64,000 bases of DNA from contig CM119268.1 of assembly GCA_051294375.1 (NCBI GenBank), positions 7,914,308 through 7,978,307 of the forward strand, read 5' to 3'. This document shows, piece after piece, positions 1 through 25,682 of this stretch. The stretch is from Paraspadella gotoi. Taxonomy: Eukaryota > Animalia > Chaetognatha. A program made the translations under genes and the position numbers. The notes below the pieces were generated by a model that did not search any database, had not been told where the DNA came from, and worked only from the letters and a program-made list of their open reading frames with translations. The stretch's first letter is position 1; each line of letters opens with the position of its first letter.

Positions 1-1624
1 TGATAGAAAATTAAACAATATTTAAAATCTGATGAACAAATATCTTAGAAGATCGACTTCAAAGTTGTTTGAAAATTTCAGTTATACGTCCCTGATGAAT
101 AAAAAGCAGGCAAAAAGTAATAAATAAAATATCGAAGTTGTATTATCTTCCCACGAAATAATCTTTTAACGAATTTCTCTTTCACCGTGGAGTCGAGCTA
201 AAAATCTTTCGGTCAATGCGGATCGTAATTGGATTTCTCACGCGTTAACCAATCCCCGGTTTCATCAAAGGTTAAATCCATTATCCAAAAAAACCTTAAT
301 ATCGTTGATACAAAAACTCGTCATTTAGAAAAAAAAAATTAAAACCATTAGAAAAGGTCCTTTGAAATGAACCATCGCTTCGGCGTATCGTTAGCGTGTT
401 TCATATTTTTTTTAAAAAAAATCCATATAGAAAAAAAAATTATTTCTCTCTTTGTTAATTATATTCCCCTTTTTAATCAATTAATTAATTGGTCAATTCG
501 CTTCCCTGGACAACCGCCTGCCACGAAGGAGACCAGAGAGAATATTTAAATCAGTTTAAATATAAAAAAAAAATTAAAAAACACTTTTTTCTGATTGAAT
601 TTGTTATCCTCTCTCTCTCTCTCTCNNNNNNNNNNNNNNNNNNNNNNNNNAAGAGAAGAGATTATTTTTTTTTAAATGGCTCGATGATTTAACAAGTTTT
701 GATTTGTTTAATAGACAATTCGCCTCCACATAACAAATATATTTTGATGCACCAATAAACTGATTAAAAACCGCTAGTATTGTCCTATGTCATCGGATGC
801 GCGGGCTTTTGGCAAAAGATTTAGTGTAGCGCAAAGAAACCAAACTGATTTTCCGTCACATCATCTCACGCAGCGTCGAACCCGAAAGAAATTTAATAAT
901 AAATTACATACGTCTAAAAATGTTAATTCAACCTTATTTTTGTCTCTGATAGAAAATTAAACAATATTTAAAATCTGATGAACAAATATCTTAAGACAGA
1001 TCGACTTCAAAGTTGTTTGAAAAATTTAAAAGTTATAACGTCCCTGTGAATCACAAAAGTAGGCAAAAAAATAATAAATAAAATATCGAAAGTCTGAATT
1101 ATCTTCCCCACGCAATAATACTTTTTAAAACGAATTTGCTCTTTTCCAGGCCGTAAATTCCCTGTAAGTCCGAGCCTAAAAAATCTTCGGTCAATGCGGA
1201 TCGTAATTGGATTTCTCACACCACGCGTTAACCACGATCCCCCGGTTATCATCAAGGTTAAAATGCCATTATAGCCAAAAAACCTTAATATCGTTGATCA
1301 CAATAAACTCGTCATTTAGAAAAAGAAAAATATAAAACCATCTAGAAAAGGTCCTTTGAAATGAAACCCAATCAGCTTCGGCGTATCGTTAAGCAGTGTT
1401 TCCATATTTTTTTTTTTTTTTAAATCACATATAGAAAAAAAATCGTATTTCTCTTCTCTTGTTAATTTCAATTCCAGCCTTTATTAATCAAATTAATTAA
1501 CTGGTCAATTAGCTTTCCCTGGAGCAACCGCCCTGCCACGAAGGAGACAAGAGAGAATATTTAAATCAGTTTAAATATAACAAAAAAATTAAAACACTTT
1601 TTTTCCTGATTGAATTTGTTATCC

Positions 1625-1660
<36 letters not shown>

Positions 1661-1949
1661 CTCTGTCACGGTCTCTCACGATCCGTCGGTCAAAGGAAAG
1701 AAGAGTAAGTTTTTTTTATTACATGGCAATATTTTTTTAAAAAATTTAAATAAGTAAGAATCTCATAATCATATTCACTGTCTCGGCTCGTTCGCTCACG
1801 CCTCTCGCTCTCTATCACGCTCAAACACTCTCAAATGTTTTATGGTTATTAGAACAATTAATCGATTGAGAGAAAAATATTACCTGAACGTTAGTGGTCG
1901 AACGGTTGGAACGGGGGATTAATTTATGGATAACTTCGTTATTATGGTG

Positions 1950-1991
<42 letters not shown>

Positions 1992-4740
1992 ATAATTAAA
2001 GAAGAGAAAGGAAAAAGGAAATATACTTTGAGGGTCAGGTACTAGAGTAAATGATTTAACTATTAGCCCTTATTAATTTAATTTTATACCCTTACTTAGT
2101 TTTGCATGGAGATTGGATATTACAGTTAGGTAAAATTTGAACATTTAAAGAATACGTAGCTCAGACTTCTGTTTACGTCTTTGGAAAAAAAGCTTAAGCG
2201 GCGACTTTTTTTATATTTTCAAACCCAATTCAAATTAAAAACTTAAAATCAAGTGCGATAAACTCACAAACTCACACTCGTATGTTAACATAAAAATAAT
2301 AAAAATGAAAATAAATAAGCATTTAAGATTTGTTATTTGCTTCCGGAACGGGAGTAATTCGATTTATTTGTCATTCGAAATGTTTAGCCGTTTGTGGAAT
2401 AACTGAGCCAATATCCGCTTCTTTCTTGACAACGAGTCATGAATTCTTTTCTGAGTATAGTAGATGATTGGTCGTTTTCTTTTAATTCGTATTTTGAAAT
2501 TACGTGAAAAGAGGCTTGCTGCAATATGCTATTCATTTTTACAAATCGGTTTGTTGAGAAAAAGAGAGACGAGAGAGAGAAAGAGAGTTTGTGTGTGTCT
2601 GAAGGAAGATCCAGAAAAANNNNNNNNNNNNNNNNNNNNNNNNNTCAGGATCCGGGGATGACTTTGTGGTTAAGGAAAAAAGTTTATTTTGTATACGCAA
2701 AGAAGTAACCATATGATCTTCCTTCACTAATCTCGCGCTACCGACACCCCGAAAAGAAAATCTTAATAATAAAGTATACATACGTCTTAAATGATAATAC
2801 TTATTTTGTCTCTGATGAAGATAAAAGAAATATTTATAAACATCTGTATGAACAAAATATCTTAAGTAAAATCGACTTTCAAAGTTCGTTTTGGAAAAAT
2901 TTAATTGTATTACGTCCTGATGCATTAAAAGACGCCCGCAAACCCCACTAATAATAATAATAATATCGAGTGTGAATTTATCTTCTCACGAAATAATCTT
3001 TACTACGAAAATTTCTCTTATTCAGCCGTTAAGAATCACCTGTAGTCGCTTAAAAAATCTTTCGGTCAATTATGACGTATTCGTAATTGGATTTTTTTTT
3101 CTCACGCGTATTAACCAATCCCCGTTTCATCAAAGATAGTTAAATCCATTACTCCAAAAAAAAAAACCTTAATATTCGTGAAACAAAAAACTCGTCATTT
3201 AGAAAAAAAAAATTAAAACCATTAGAAAATAAAGTGTCCTTTTGAAATGAACCTCGCTTTCGGAACGTATCTATATAGTGCGTGTATCTTTCATAATTTT
3301 TTTTTTTTTTTTTTTTTAAAATCCATTAGTAGAAAAAAAAAACATATATTTTCTCCTTTTTAATTATATTCTTCCTTTTTAAATCAATAGATTTAATGAC
3401 GTCAATTCGCTTCCCTGTGAGCAACCCGGCTCACAACGCAAAAGTGAGACCATGATATGAGGAATATTTTAAATTCATGTTTAAATATAAAATAAAAAAA
3501 AAATTAAAAACAACCTTTTTTCTGATTGAAATTTGTATCCTCTTCTCTCTCTCTCTTCTCTTCTCTTCTCTCCTCTCTCTCTCTTTCTCTTCTCTCTCTC
3601 TCTCTCTCACTCTCTCTCATCTCTACTGCCTGCCTTGTCACGCGGTCTCTCACGATCCGTCGGTCTAAGAGGAAAAGAAGAGTAAGTTTTTTTTTATACA
3701 TGGGCAATATTTTTTTCAAAAAAAATTTTTAAATAAGTAAGAAATCTCATAATCATATTCACGTGTCTCGCGCTGCAAGTTCGTTGCTCACGGCCTCTCG
3801 CTCTCTATCCACGCCTCAAACACTTCTCAAATGTTTTTATGTTATTTTAGAAGAAATTAATCGATTGAGAGCAGAAAAATATATTACCTGAACGTCAGTG
3901 GGTCGAACGGTTGGAACGTGGGGGATTAAATTATGGGAATAACTTTCGTATTATGTTGAGAGAGGGAAAGAGAGAAGAGAGAGAGAGAGAGAGAAGAAGA
4001 GAAGAGAGAGAGAGGAATAATTAAAGAAGTGAGAAAGGACAAAATAGCGAATATACTTGAAGGGTCAGTAGCTAGCGAGTAAATTGATTTTAACTCACTA
4101 TTACCGTATTTAACTATTAGCTTATAATAAATATACCCTTACTTAGTTGCATGTGAGCATTGGATATTTACAGTTAGGTTAAAATTTGAACATTTAAGAA
4201 TACGTACTCAGACTTTCTGTTTTACGTCTTTGGAAAAAAAAGCTTATAGAGCGGCGACCTTTTTTTATTTTCTAAACCCTTACAAATTTAAAAACTTAAA
4301 AATCAGTGCGATAACTCCACAACTCACAACTCGTCTATATGTTAACATAAAAATAATTAAAAATGAAAATAAAATAAGCATTTAAGATTTGTTATTTGCT
4401 TCCGACGGGAGTTATTCGATTTATTTGTCATTCGAAATGTTTAGCCCGTTTGTGGAATAACTGAGCCAATTTTCCGCTTCTTTCTTGACTAACGCATGCA
4501 TTCTTTTCTGTAGTCTATATAGATTGGATTGTGTTTTTTTTAATCGTATTTTGTAAATACGTGAAAAGAGGTTGCTAGCCAATATGTATTCATTTTTTAC
4601 CAATCCCGGTTTGTTGAGAAAAAGATGAGCCACCCCGAGAAGAAGAAAGAGAGTTTGTGTTAGTGTGTCGAAGGAAGACCCCCAGAAAATTGTGATAGAG
4701 GTATCGGTGGTATAGGTTATCATTTTGTTAAAATCGGTCA
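1..4740. repeat. Three noisy tandem copies of a ~1.7-1.9 kb non-coding segment (probable assembly artefact)
   Basis: The same sequence (tgatagaaaattaaacaatatttaaaatctgatgaac..., gcggatcgtaattggatttctc..., cacgatccgtcggtc...) recurs at ~1, ~947 and ~2810. Copies differ by scattered 1-2 nt indels and are separated by 25-N gaps. Confidence 0.85.
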
Positions 4741-5275
4741 TTGAAAAATGAAGAGAAAGAGAGAGCGAGAGAGAGGAGAGAGAAGAGACAGAGAGAACGA
4801 GAAGAAGAGAAAGAGAGATGAGAGAGAGAGAAGGAGAGAGACACGGAGTGTCCCTCTAGACCTTCTCGTTGGCAGAAATGGAAAGTTAAACCTCAGTTTT
4901 GTTGTTTTTTGGCCACTTAAGTCGCAGTGCCTTGGCGTCAGAGAACGAAAGCACGAAACGGCCTCCGTGGTTGCGTGGCAGTGGCGGCGAGCCGTCCGGA
5001 GTGGAACTAGCGATTCGTAGAGAGACGAGAGAGGAGAGAGAACGAGAGGAGAGACGACGAGAGATGAGAGAAAGAGAAGATGAGAAGAGAGAGAGAGATT
5101 GTCCATGATTTCATGAATACCCTTCATTCCTTCTTAAAAGATAAGAAAGCGCGGACTCTACAGGCTCACTGGGACTCACTCTTGAATGTCTACCAATGAA
5201 GTCGTATAATATTTCTATGAAACTGTTCTTTCCGCTTTTGGGTTTTAATAAAAGATATTTGTGACGAGACTGGTG

Positions 5276-5620
5276 ATGTAATTCTTGCCTAAGAAAGTTC
5301 GAATCCCGTTGCTATCCTCTCATCCGACATTCCGACGCTGCTGCAGCCGTCGGCCGCCAGCCCCAGCCGCCACCCGCCGCCACCTGCCAACGTAATCGAT
5401 TGCCTCTCTTGCATCGTCGGAGTTTCCCGATCAGCACGAAAACTCTGAGTTCATGCGAAATTACCTAGTTACGAAAACAAATCTCCAGTAAAACAAACAC
5501 GCAGTTTGGACGGTGCGGGCGCGGTCCCGGTGGCGCGGCTAGGGCCTGCTGGATTCTTGGCTCCGGCACTGGCTCTGCAACCGGTAGCCCCCCTCATCAA
5601 ACCTACCCCGGTCACGGGCA
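5276..5620 (+). CDS. Candidate upstream exons of the Six3/6 gene (~5276-5391 and 5505-~5617)
   Basis: Two GC-rich islands with a donor AAC|GTAATC at 5391 and an acceptor ACGCAG| at 5504, reading SDIPTLLQPSAASPSRHPPPPAN and ...GSGTGSATGSPPHQTYPGH. The next exon (6898) starts at an acceptor with no ATG, so upstream coding exons are needed. Frames are disturbed by apparent errors. Confidence 0.35.
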
Positions 5621-6897
5621 AGGCTATACAGCACACTTTTGAGGCTGAGGCTCTCAAATTGTTATTTTTTTTTAGATTCCGTTTCCATTTTTTTCCCGGG
5701 ATCCTTATCGTGGATCAAGTCCGAGAATCGTGCCGATATAAGAGAACTTTATCTATTTATTCTTTTGTTTAGTCAAATACTGAGAATATACCCAAAAACT
5801 TCTGCCGATGAAGGAGCGACATGCTTGTCACCGAAGATTTGTTTTTGCACGAAAAAAGAAAACACATAACACTAAGTAAGAAATAGCCCTTCTGTTACGG
5901 TTTTTCTTTTACTTTTTCTGTCAGACGTTGAAGTTAAACTAATATTTATCTTTCGCGACCGCCGAAGTCTAGAAAAAAAAACTTTTTTCTCTGTATCGTT
6001 TGACATTCATATCCTATTATCTCGTTATTTTCACAACGTAAATATTTGATCGCTCCGCCTTCCATCGCTTCGTTTAGAAGAGGGAGGTTTTTGAACGATT
6101 GGGACTAGTTTTAAAATAATTAGTCAACAAATTTTAAACACGACAAAACTTTTTTACCCTGCTATATATATAGCAATTTTATCCGAATAAATGTGTTAAT
6201 TCCCTATTGCGTGAAGAGAATTAGGTAATTTTTTAACAACTCTTTCTTAAACATATATTGCTTATATTTTTTTTCAAAAATTCCCTCAACTTTTCTCCTT
6301 ATTCCCCGTTCTCGGTTTTGCCGTAAAGCGACTAGTGAAAAATTTTCGCGCTCGGCTTAAACCCTCTTCCCGAATCGTGAAGGCGGGCTCGAGCGGCTTT
6401 CAAGTCGTTTAAGCGGATTTATTTTCATAAATACGAGCGAATTTTAACGGCGAGACTTCATTTGAGAAACGTGGTCAGAGAAGACGGCGACGGCGACGAC
6501 GACGATGACGACGACGAAAAATTAGACGCGACGAAAACGAAGTCGATAATGGAGACGTTACGTTGAGCAACGAGCGAGCGGCTGCGTGTGCTTGGTGCGA
6601 ATGGAATTAAATCTCATTTTTCGTTCCTTAATTTATCAAAAAATGATTTTGTGTTGTTCGTTTGTTTTTTTTATTTTTTGAACCATGGCACCTCGAAAGG
6701 TTTATCTATCGACGCTGTACCGAAGTGACATCTAAGTTGTTTTCCTCTTCTTTTCTATTCACTGTTTGAAAAGATTAATTTTCTTTTTTTTATTTTATGG
6801 CTCATGAATAAGCGTCGATAGACAACAACAACAACGACGAAGACCGCAGTCTAAATTTGCCTCCTTCACCCCTTCACCCCCCCCCTCCTCCGAACAG

Positions 6898-17093
<10,196 letters not shown>

Positions 17094-19430
17094 TGATGAT
17101 TTTTCAAACGAGAATACAGCTACATTCGGGAGAATTCGATGTACTGAAGTTACATCCGGAATTTAAAAGACAAGATGACAACTTTTGGAGTTTATATTGA
17201 GATGGAAACGTCGAGAGTGACTTTCTTATTCGTTGTTTCCATTTTTAAAGCTGAAAAAAAATAAACGTTTATTTTTCCTTGCGTCGATTTCGACTTTGCG
17301 CAAAAGTTTATATTCTATAAATCGATTCCAAGTACCTAAAACTCTACTAAAATTATTAAAAATTTCATTTCTATACCTTTGTAGTTCGAAAAAAAAATAT
17401 CATTAAAAATTCTCTACGAATTGATAAATAAAGTTTAAGAGAGCATGCAGAAAGTACTTGCTATATCGATCGCGTGATGTGCATGTGCCATTTGACAATA
17501 TCTTAATCAATTCTCCCCTGGCTCCGTTTTCTATTCGATATCTGTCTGATATCTGTCCTCTTTCAGTTTCGTTTTTTTTTTTTTTACTTTGATTCTTGCA
17601 TCTTTTCTTGTATAATTTTCCTGTTTTTCTCTCTTAACATTTTTTTCCTTTTTATCTTTCCTTCTTTTTTTTTTCTTTTTACTCGGTTTTTAATCTTGAG
17701 ATTCTTTTACCTACGATTGAGGGATAACCTTTCTTTCTTGTATTTTACTTATTTAAGTATTTAATTTTTCATTTCTTTTAATCTGTCTTTTGTTTTTTAA
17801 TTGACGAATTTGTCAACTTTTTCAAAAAAACCATTCTAAAGTTTTTTTTAAACACTAGTCAAATTTTTTTTAAATAAAAAAATAGTAGCAAAAAAATGCG
17901 TAGCTTTTTCTAGTCCACTAGTTTATTATTAACATGATAGCGAATTTAAATAACTTTTGTTCCTACAGTATTATTTGAATTATTGCCATACAAAAAAATT
18001 TTTTCTCACACTCGCTTATCATTTGTGTGTAATTTGATTTTGTGAACTAAAGAACGCATTATGTCTTGGGGTTTGTAATTATTTATTTCATTTTTTTATG
18101 TGAAGTTTCTTTCCTGATATGAATATTGAATAATAAATATAATGATTACGTTTACTATCGATTATTATGAAACATATTAGGTACTAGGTAGCTGCTTTGA
18201 GGTATAAAAGTAGTTTGCTGTCGTTGAACTTTCAGAAACTCATGATGAGCTCAGTTTTGGTATTAAATTTGTATAACTAAAATAAATATTATCCATTCAT
18301 TCTATAAATAAGGTATATTGCCCGACTTTGGGCAGGCTCTGGTGGGTTACTAAGGCCTTTATCCCTCTTACAAGATGATATGATTGATTCAATATTTCAT
18401 GAGTTCAGTTTGCTAGTTCATATTATCATACAAACGTTCATTTCATTCAAACGTTTATCGTCACGATCCTTAAATTGTCTCCAATTTTCTTTTTTCCTTC
18501 TTTTAGATTTCGATTGAGTGATGTTCTGTTCGGTTGCTTATTGCTTGTTTTAAGCTTTAAAAAAAATTAGTTAATATTAATTGAAAATCAAATACATACT
18601 TTACCGCATTAAAATGAAACAGATCTTTAAATCCTATTCTGCTCATTGAAAACATTTATTCTCAATTATATTCATAGTTAAGTCAATGGCGAATCAAAAC
18701 GGGCACTCAACTAACCGTTTCGCGCCGCCACTGGTCTCGAGTTTCTTTTTTTTACCTCGATTTCCTCCGAACAAAAGAACGCGCAATTTTTTTTATTGAG
18801 TTCGATGATCGACGCCGAATCTTGGCGCCGAATCTCTTTGTCAAAATATTCTTTTTTTTTCGCCGAATCGGGATAAAGATCGCGTTTCCCAGACTTTGGG
18901 AAAAAAAAGAAAGAAAATTTGGAAACGAGTTTCAATTTCGGAAATCGTCATCGAGAGGCTCTTTCCTTCCTTTTGTCGTCGTCGTCGTCGTCGATATCGT
19001 CGTCGTCGCGTCACAAAAGATGGCATCTTTCTTCCCTTTCAATGTCGTCGGCATCATCGCCGGTTATCTGTGTTGTAATCAGATGATACTTTCGATCGCA
19101 TTCTTAGTGAGTTATAGTCATTCTCAATTTGTCTGTCACAACGATTTTTCAAAGTATTTGGCAATTGGCATAAAGTTACAGGAATAAAAGCGTTTAAATA
19201 CGTTTTTCCCAGCAATCGACGCGACGTTGACGTTGAAGAAAATGACAACGACGATGACGACGACGTCGACGATGACGACGACGATGACGACGACTCTGAA
19301 TGAAAGGCGCCATCGCAGATCGAATATCGATTTCGATTCGATTTCCAGTTTCGAAAATTTCTGACGGGTGATGGAATTCCTTTCTCTGACTCACCTTTTA
19401 TTCTTGCTGTCTGTCTGTCTCTCTTTCCGT

Positions 19431-19534
<104 letters not shown>

Positions 19535-19837
19535 ACCATTTCTCTTTTCCTTTTCCCATTTCCCCCTAACATCCACCTATCCCCCTCACTCTAACTTACC
19601 CGCGATCCTCACCTCGGAGACGGGCGATCGTTTCACGCCACGTCGCCCGCCCGTCACGACTAATCAGGCGGGGAAGTCGTTGGTCGGCGACGGACGAGAC
19701 GATGAGTGACAGGCGAGCGAGATCGAGTGGACAGGCGATAGATGGCGAAGCCGGGTTGTCGCTTCCAGTCAGAGAGAGATAGAGAGAGAGAGAACCGTTT
19801 TGTTTTCATTCTCCGTCGATAATTGATAACTTGGGGG

Positions 19838-19940
<103 letters not shown>

Positions 19941-21510
19941 ATGATAATGATGATGATAGGGTTCTAAAATTGAATATCAAAGCAGAAAAATATCGGGATA
20001 ACGACGACGAAAATTTTGTATCTTTATAAATTTTATAAATTTACACAAAAATTTCAGCTTGAATTATCGTAATTCTATTTTTTATCAACTCACTATAAAT
20101 TGTAGATTTCTTTTTAGGTATGAATTATTATGTCAAATACGCACATCAAAACACTTAGTTGCTCCCAGTTTACGAATATCACGACTTCCGTAATTGTTTC
20201 ACTAATCACTATTATTCCACATATCATCGCTTTTCCCGATCAACCCCGACCCCTTCCCCCGTCCCCTCCCCCGACCCCTTCCCCCTTCCCCTTCCCCCTT
20301 CCCCGGTCCTCTTCCCCCGTCCCCTCCCCCCGTCCCCTCCCCCTACTGAACTTCCCTTATCTCGATAATTTTCTCTTCCTCTAAATTGTCTTTCTCCTCG
20401 ACCGCACAAGAGTCCGACATTCACCCCGACGTAATTTCATCTTTCACTAATTCATTTTTCGACTCAGTAATTTGTGACATTCACCTTAGCACAGAATGTT
20501 CGAGCAACCATACAATATTTTTTAACGGTGTTATAACGTCGCACACAAATTTTCAAATCGCCGCCATTCTTTTTAAAATCTAAAAAAAAAACTTAACTTT
20601 ATAAATAATAATATTAATAATAATAATAAAACTTCTCCCGCCCTCATCCGACTATAAAATATTTGAACTCTTCTCATTCGGTGACGGGGTCTTCACCGCT
20701 CGTCAACGTCTCTACCTCCCCGAAAACTCCTTCACCACCCTCAAAACTTCTCCACCCCCCAATGTCCCCCTTCTGATTCCCCCCTATAAACTCGAGACCC
20801 TCCCCTTCAAAAACGTCGCCTCGAATTAAAACCGATCCGCGAAACACAAAAAAAAAAAAAATTAGATAAAAATCCCAAGAAAAAAAGATTTTGAATAAAA
20901 AAAAAAGTAGAAAAAAGAAAAAAAAAGAATCTTCTTGTTTTTGTAACCGAAGTAAAACTGGAATTTGTTGTCATTGAGACGAAGAAAGGCGGAGACAGGA
21001 GAAGTAATCTTGTATTCGCTGCCTTTTTAGGATGATGACGATGAACGAGGACGAACGAGAATGACGAATGACGACGAACATGAAAGACGAACGACGACGA
21101 CGACGACGACGACGAATGACAATGATAGAAAAGGACGAACTACTGCAAAGGACGGCGATGGACGACGAGAACTGTCGACAACGAATGACGACGACGACGA
21201 CGACGAACAGCGACAATGACGACGAACAACGAGGACGAAGAACCACGTCGACCAACGATTATTATGCGTTTTCGTGAGACCGGGGGTTTATTTTTTTCTC
21301 CCCAATTAACTCGAATAATTTTGACGATGATGTTGCTCGGCGTCGACGGTGAAACGTCTCTACGTGGACGACGAGGTTCGGAGATCTTCGTCCGGATGTG
21401 CTGGTGACGCTTCCGATCTCGAGGATCGTTAACGTAATTATCTTTCAAAAGATCGTTGACAACATAAAAACAATTTCTTGTTTCACATAATTTTATTGAA
21501 TTTTGTACGG

Positions 21511-22093
21511 TAAGGCGTAGTAAAATTTTTAAATTTAACTTTAATTAAAAATTCTAAAAGTGAGGAACGAACAACATTATCTTAATGAACATTTATGTAA
21601 TAAAAAAATTTATAATAAATTTTACAATTTATGCAGTAGGCCATATTTATACTAGTACTAAACCAATAAATGTTAAAATTTTCAAAACAGTTTTTTCTAA
21701 GATTTTTCAAAAAGAAATATAACTCTTTTTGAAAAATTCCTTCATTAAGTAGGTCAAAAATTAGAAAAGCTATATTTTAAGCTGAAATTAACTTTTTATA
21801 TATTAAATATAGTTTTTTTAATTTTTATCCTACTTAATGAAAGAATTTTTTAAAAATGATTTATATTTTCCTTTATCAACTTTGGACGAGGAATTCAAAT
21901 CTGCAATCAAAATTAAGAAAAAGCTTATTTTGAAATTTTTCGATTTTATAAGGATAGTACTATATATAAATATAGCCTACTGCGAAAATTAAAAAACATA
22001 AAATTAATTTTTTTTACAAATTAATGTTCACTGATGGTATGTTGTTCATAATTGACTATTAGAATTTTTGTATGTAACTTTCACTACGCCTTA
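21511..22093. mobile_element. Foldback MITE with 8-bp TSD (hAT-like), copy 2
   Basis: Ends TAAGGCGTAGTAAAA ... TTTCACTACGCCTTA, with TSD TTGTACGG at 21503-21510 and 22094-22101. Collinear with 8305-8958. Confidence 0.9.
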
Positions 22094-22231
22094 TTGTACG
22101 GGGTTAGCCATTTGTATCCAAATACTCATCATTTTCGAAAGTCGTTCAAATGTCCGTAATAAAATTAAGGTTGACATGGCGGGGACAAATCAGGGGAATA
22201 ACAACAACAACAACATCGAGACACCGACGAT

Positions 22232-22271
<40 letters not shown>

Positions 22272-22407
22272 AATCCCGACGGCTCTCGGGAGGAAAGAAG
22301 AACCCAGAAACGAATTCTGTTGAAAGAAATGCATTAGGAAATTCAAAAGGTGGAAATGGAGGAATGGAGTTTTCGCTAAACCCTTATCATTCTTCTCTTT
22401 CTTTCTC

Positions 22408-22459
<52 letters not shown>

Positions 22460-22772
22460 TTTTCTTTCTTTTATTTCCGCTTTCATCGTCTCGTCCTTCC
22501 TTCCTTTCCGATTTTTTTTTATATTTTCGCTGTCTTCGTAATTCTTCTTTTTTATTCGAGGGTTATCTTTATCACAATATATTTTATTGGTTATCATTTT
22601 GTCGAAATCCATCATCCCTAAAGTTTTATTAACATTTTACATTTTTTTGTCCTCTTTCGGTTTCTTACTTTCTCTCTTTTTTTATTTTTCTTTTTCTTTT
22701 TTTTTTCTTCTTTCTTAATTTTTCTTTGTCTCTAACTTCTTTTTTTTGTGAATTCTTTATTTCTTTATTTTT

Positions 22773-22806
<34 letters not shown>

Positions 22807-23735
22807 TTTTTCTTTCTTTCTTACTCGCATCTTTTTTTTTCTTTCTTTCATCTTTCTCACTCTCGGGGTTTTTCTGGATTAGCGCGAAATTTGAAAAGGG
22901 GATTTTTCGCGGAAAAGGAAAGGAATTCTGGATCTTCTTTCGACTCGCGCGCTCTCTTCCCCTTTCCCCTTTCCCCTTTCCCCTCTCACACCACCTCCCC
23001 CCTTTACTCACCCTTTCCAATCTCCATCTCCTTCATTCTTTCATGATCAATATCCAGTCACTCACCTCCTTTCCTACGCTTCTCCATTTCATGAAAGCTC
23101 TTCCTAGTCTGCCAATCCAATCCCTTTCCTTCACCCCTCTTCCTCCTCTTCCCCCTCTTCCTCCTCTCCGTATTCTTCATCCCTCTCCCCCCCTTTCCTC
23201 CACCCCTATTCCCCCTCTCCATATTCTTCATACTCCTCTCCCCTTTCTTCTCGCTTCCCGGTTTTGCATCAAAAATCCATCAAAATCTTAGCCGTTTTTT
23301 TTTTCTTTCTTCTTTATTTCGCTTTGAAAAGCAAAATTTTCCGCAGCTTTTTTTTTGTTCCATTTGAATGGAATCTCAAAACGCGAACGATTTACAAAGT
23401 TTTATGCGAAGCGACGATACGAAATAAAAGATAATTTCTTTCGTAATTTGTAAATTTATTCTTTTTAGAGCGAAAAGTGAAAACTTTTTTTAAAAAATCC
23501 GGAAATGAACTGAGTTCGAGGTGGTTAACCACGTCTTCTCTGTTAATTATCCATCGTGCTCGAAACACCGCTTCTTATTTTCGTTAGCTTATTTTTTTGG
23601 TTAGCCCTCTTTTTTTAACTTTTTGCCATGTCTCTATGTACTTTGTCTTTCGTTCTACCTATCCTTCTACCTATCCATACAGGTGTCATGACCCTAAGAA
23701 AAACATTCCCTTCTCTTTTGACTGGGTATCCCAGG

Positions 23736-23855
<120 letters not shown>

Positions 23856-24303
23856 CCCCGAGTTCATTCCCTGCCACGACCCGTTGTTGTTGTTTCAAGG
23901 ATCAATTTGTGTTTGACAAATCTGGCATGATACCTTTTCTTGTTCTTCCCTTGTTTTAAAAACATGAGCGACTCTGCGCGGATCCGGATTAAAACTTATA
24001 AAAACAAAAGACGAGGACGACGACGACAAGGAAACGAATGGAGAGGAAAGGAGAAAATAAAAAGGATTTGAAATAACTGTTGAGTTTAGTTTAAAAACAA
24101 TTAGCGCGAAAACCATCGAGAAAAAAAAAAGAGGTAATTGAACAGGTTAACGGTTTTTTGGAGGAAAAAAGAGATAGTTGTTGTCCCAATGTTAAGAGAA
24201 GAAAACCTTGTCATATTCATCGACAGATGACATGACGGTTACTGTGAGCACCGTATGAGCTTTCGGATTTTTTTTTTTAAATAAAACTAGGAAATGTGTC
24301 AGA

Positions 24304-24382
<79 letters not shown>

Positions 24383-24827
24383 TTTTCCTCCGATAGACCA
24401 AGAACCCCGGCGTTTCTGCGACGGTGGCATCGGCGGCGTCGGCGATCCCCGGCAGCGGTTAGCACTTATCTAGATTATCTATGACCAACGTTGGAAAAGA
24501 AGCCACCCCCCCTCCCATCTCCTTATATTTCTCCTCCTCCTCATCCTCCTGCTCTTCCTCCACTCCGTCGGTTATCCCCACTTAATATGAAACTCTGCTT
24601 CCTCCTCTCGGGTCCTTTTAACGTAACGCGGCCCAAGTAACAACGCCGTTACTTAATGCGTCGATGAACCCATCGTGAAAACAGGAAGTGACGTGGAAGG
24701 AAAAAAGGAGAACGGAATTTAGAGAAGAGAAAAGGGAGAAAGAGAGAAAAGAATAAGAGAGGAAGAGAGAGGAATAGAAGATGAGTGCAGGTCACATCTC
24801 TCTTGCAGTATCAGCCTATGTGTCATA

Positions 24828-25058
24828 CTATTGATGTGACTAAAATCCCACAACCGTTCATCAGCGGCCATTGATGCCGAGGGCAAGTCATTCCCTCCCA
24901 ACCCAAAGTCCGGGTTCTAGCCCGGTGGTCGTCTGCCAGTTAAGAGGACGGGGCGCTTAACCCGCCTGTAACATGGTGTTACAGCCTGATCCGAAGCTCA
25001 GGACTGCTTATATTGAACGGTTATGTCATTAACACTTATCAATAAATTACTGTCTCTC
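24828..25058 (+). mobile_element. tRNA-derived SINE-like repeat, noisy copy
   Basis: Collinear with 25248-25471 and 39693-39926 but with many small indels. May be a redundant assembly of the neighbouring copy. Confidence 0.7.
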
Positions 25059-25247
25059 ATTGGTGAGCCCGACTTCCGAACACAACAGCAACAACAACAC
25101 TTTCAGGCGACATGCCTCAACCTGGCGGATGCACTTTCCGCCCACAACACATCAGGCGACATCCTCAACTTGGTGACGAACTTTCACCAAAACAACAATT
25201 TACTAGAGAGAGACGCAACAGACTTCTCCCTACGGGAGGGGGGGATG

Positions 25248-25471
25248 TATGGTGGACTAAAATCCACCAACCGTTCATCAGCGGCCATTGATGCCGGAGC
25301 AAGTCATCGCCTCCCAACCCAAAGGTCCGGGTTCAGCCCGGTCGTCTGGCAGTTAAGAGGGACGGGTGCTTAACCCGCCTGTAACATGGTGTTACAGCCT
25401 GATCCGAAGCTCCAGGACTGCTTATATTGAACGGTTCTGTCACAACACATAACAATAATTACTGTCTCTTC
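25248..25471 (+). mobile_element. tRNA-derived SINE-like repeat (~230 bp)
   Basis: tRNA-like head GCGGCCATTGATGCCGGAG...CGCCTCCCAACCC...CCGGGTTCAGCCCGG with A-box- and B-box-like motifs. Repeated at 39693. Confidence 0.75.
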
Positions 25472-25682
25472 AATACTATATTATTGATTATTATAATCGG
25501 TAAAATAACTGTACTGATAAAAACGATTAAAGTAATTTAGTTGTGTTAGTTATAACGGATAATATAACTAATCGATTAAGTTAAACATTTAGAACTGAGA
25601 CAATTCTAAATAATTTCTCTCTCTCTCTCTCTCTCTCTCCCTTCTTTCACACAAAAAACTGTACAAATTTTCACAAATCATT

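Noticed and set aside
1-4740. Tandem enhancer array upstream of Six3/6
   Set aside because: Copies differ by random indels and abut 25-N gap-fill joins, consistent with redundant assembly.
18322-18362. Short similarity to ~26017-26052 (ACTTTG..GGCTCTG..GTTACTAAGG) as a structured RNA
   Set aside because: Too short and degenerate, and no HDV-like or other fold could be built. At most an old repeat fragment.
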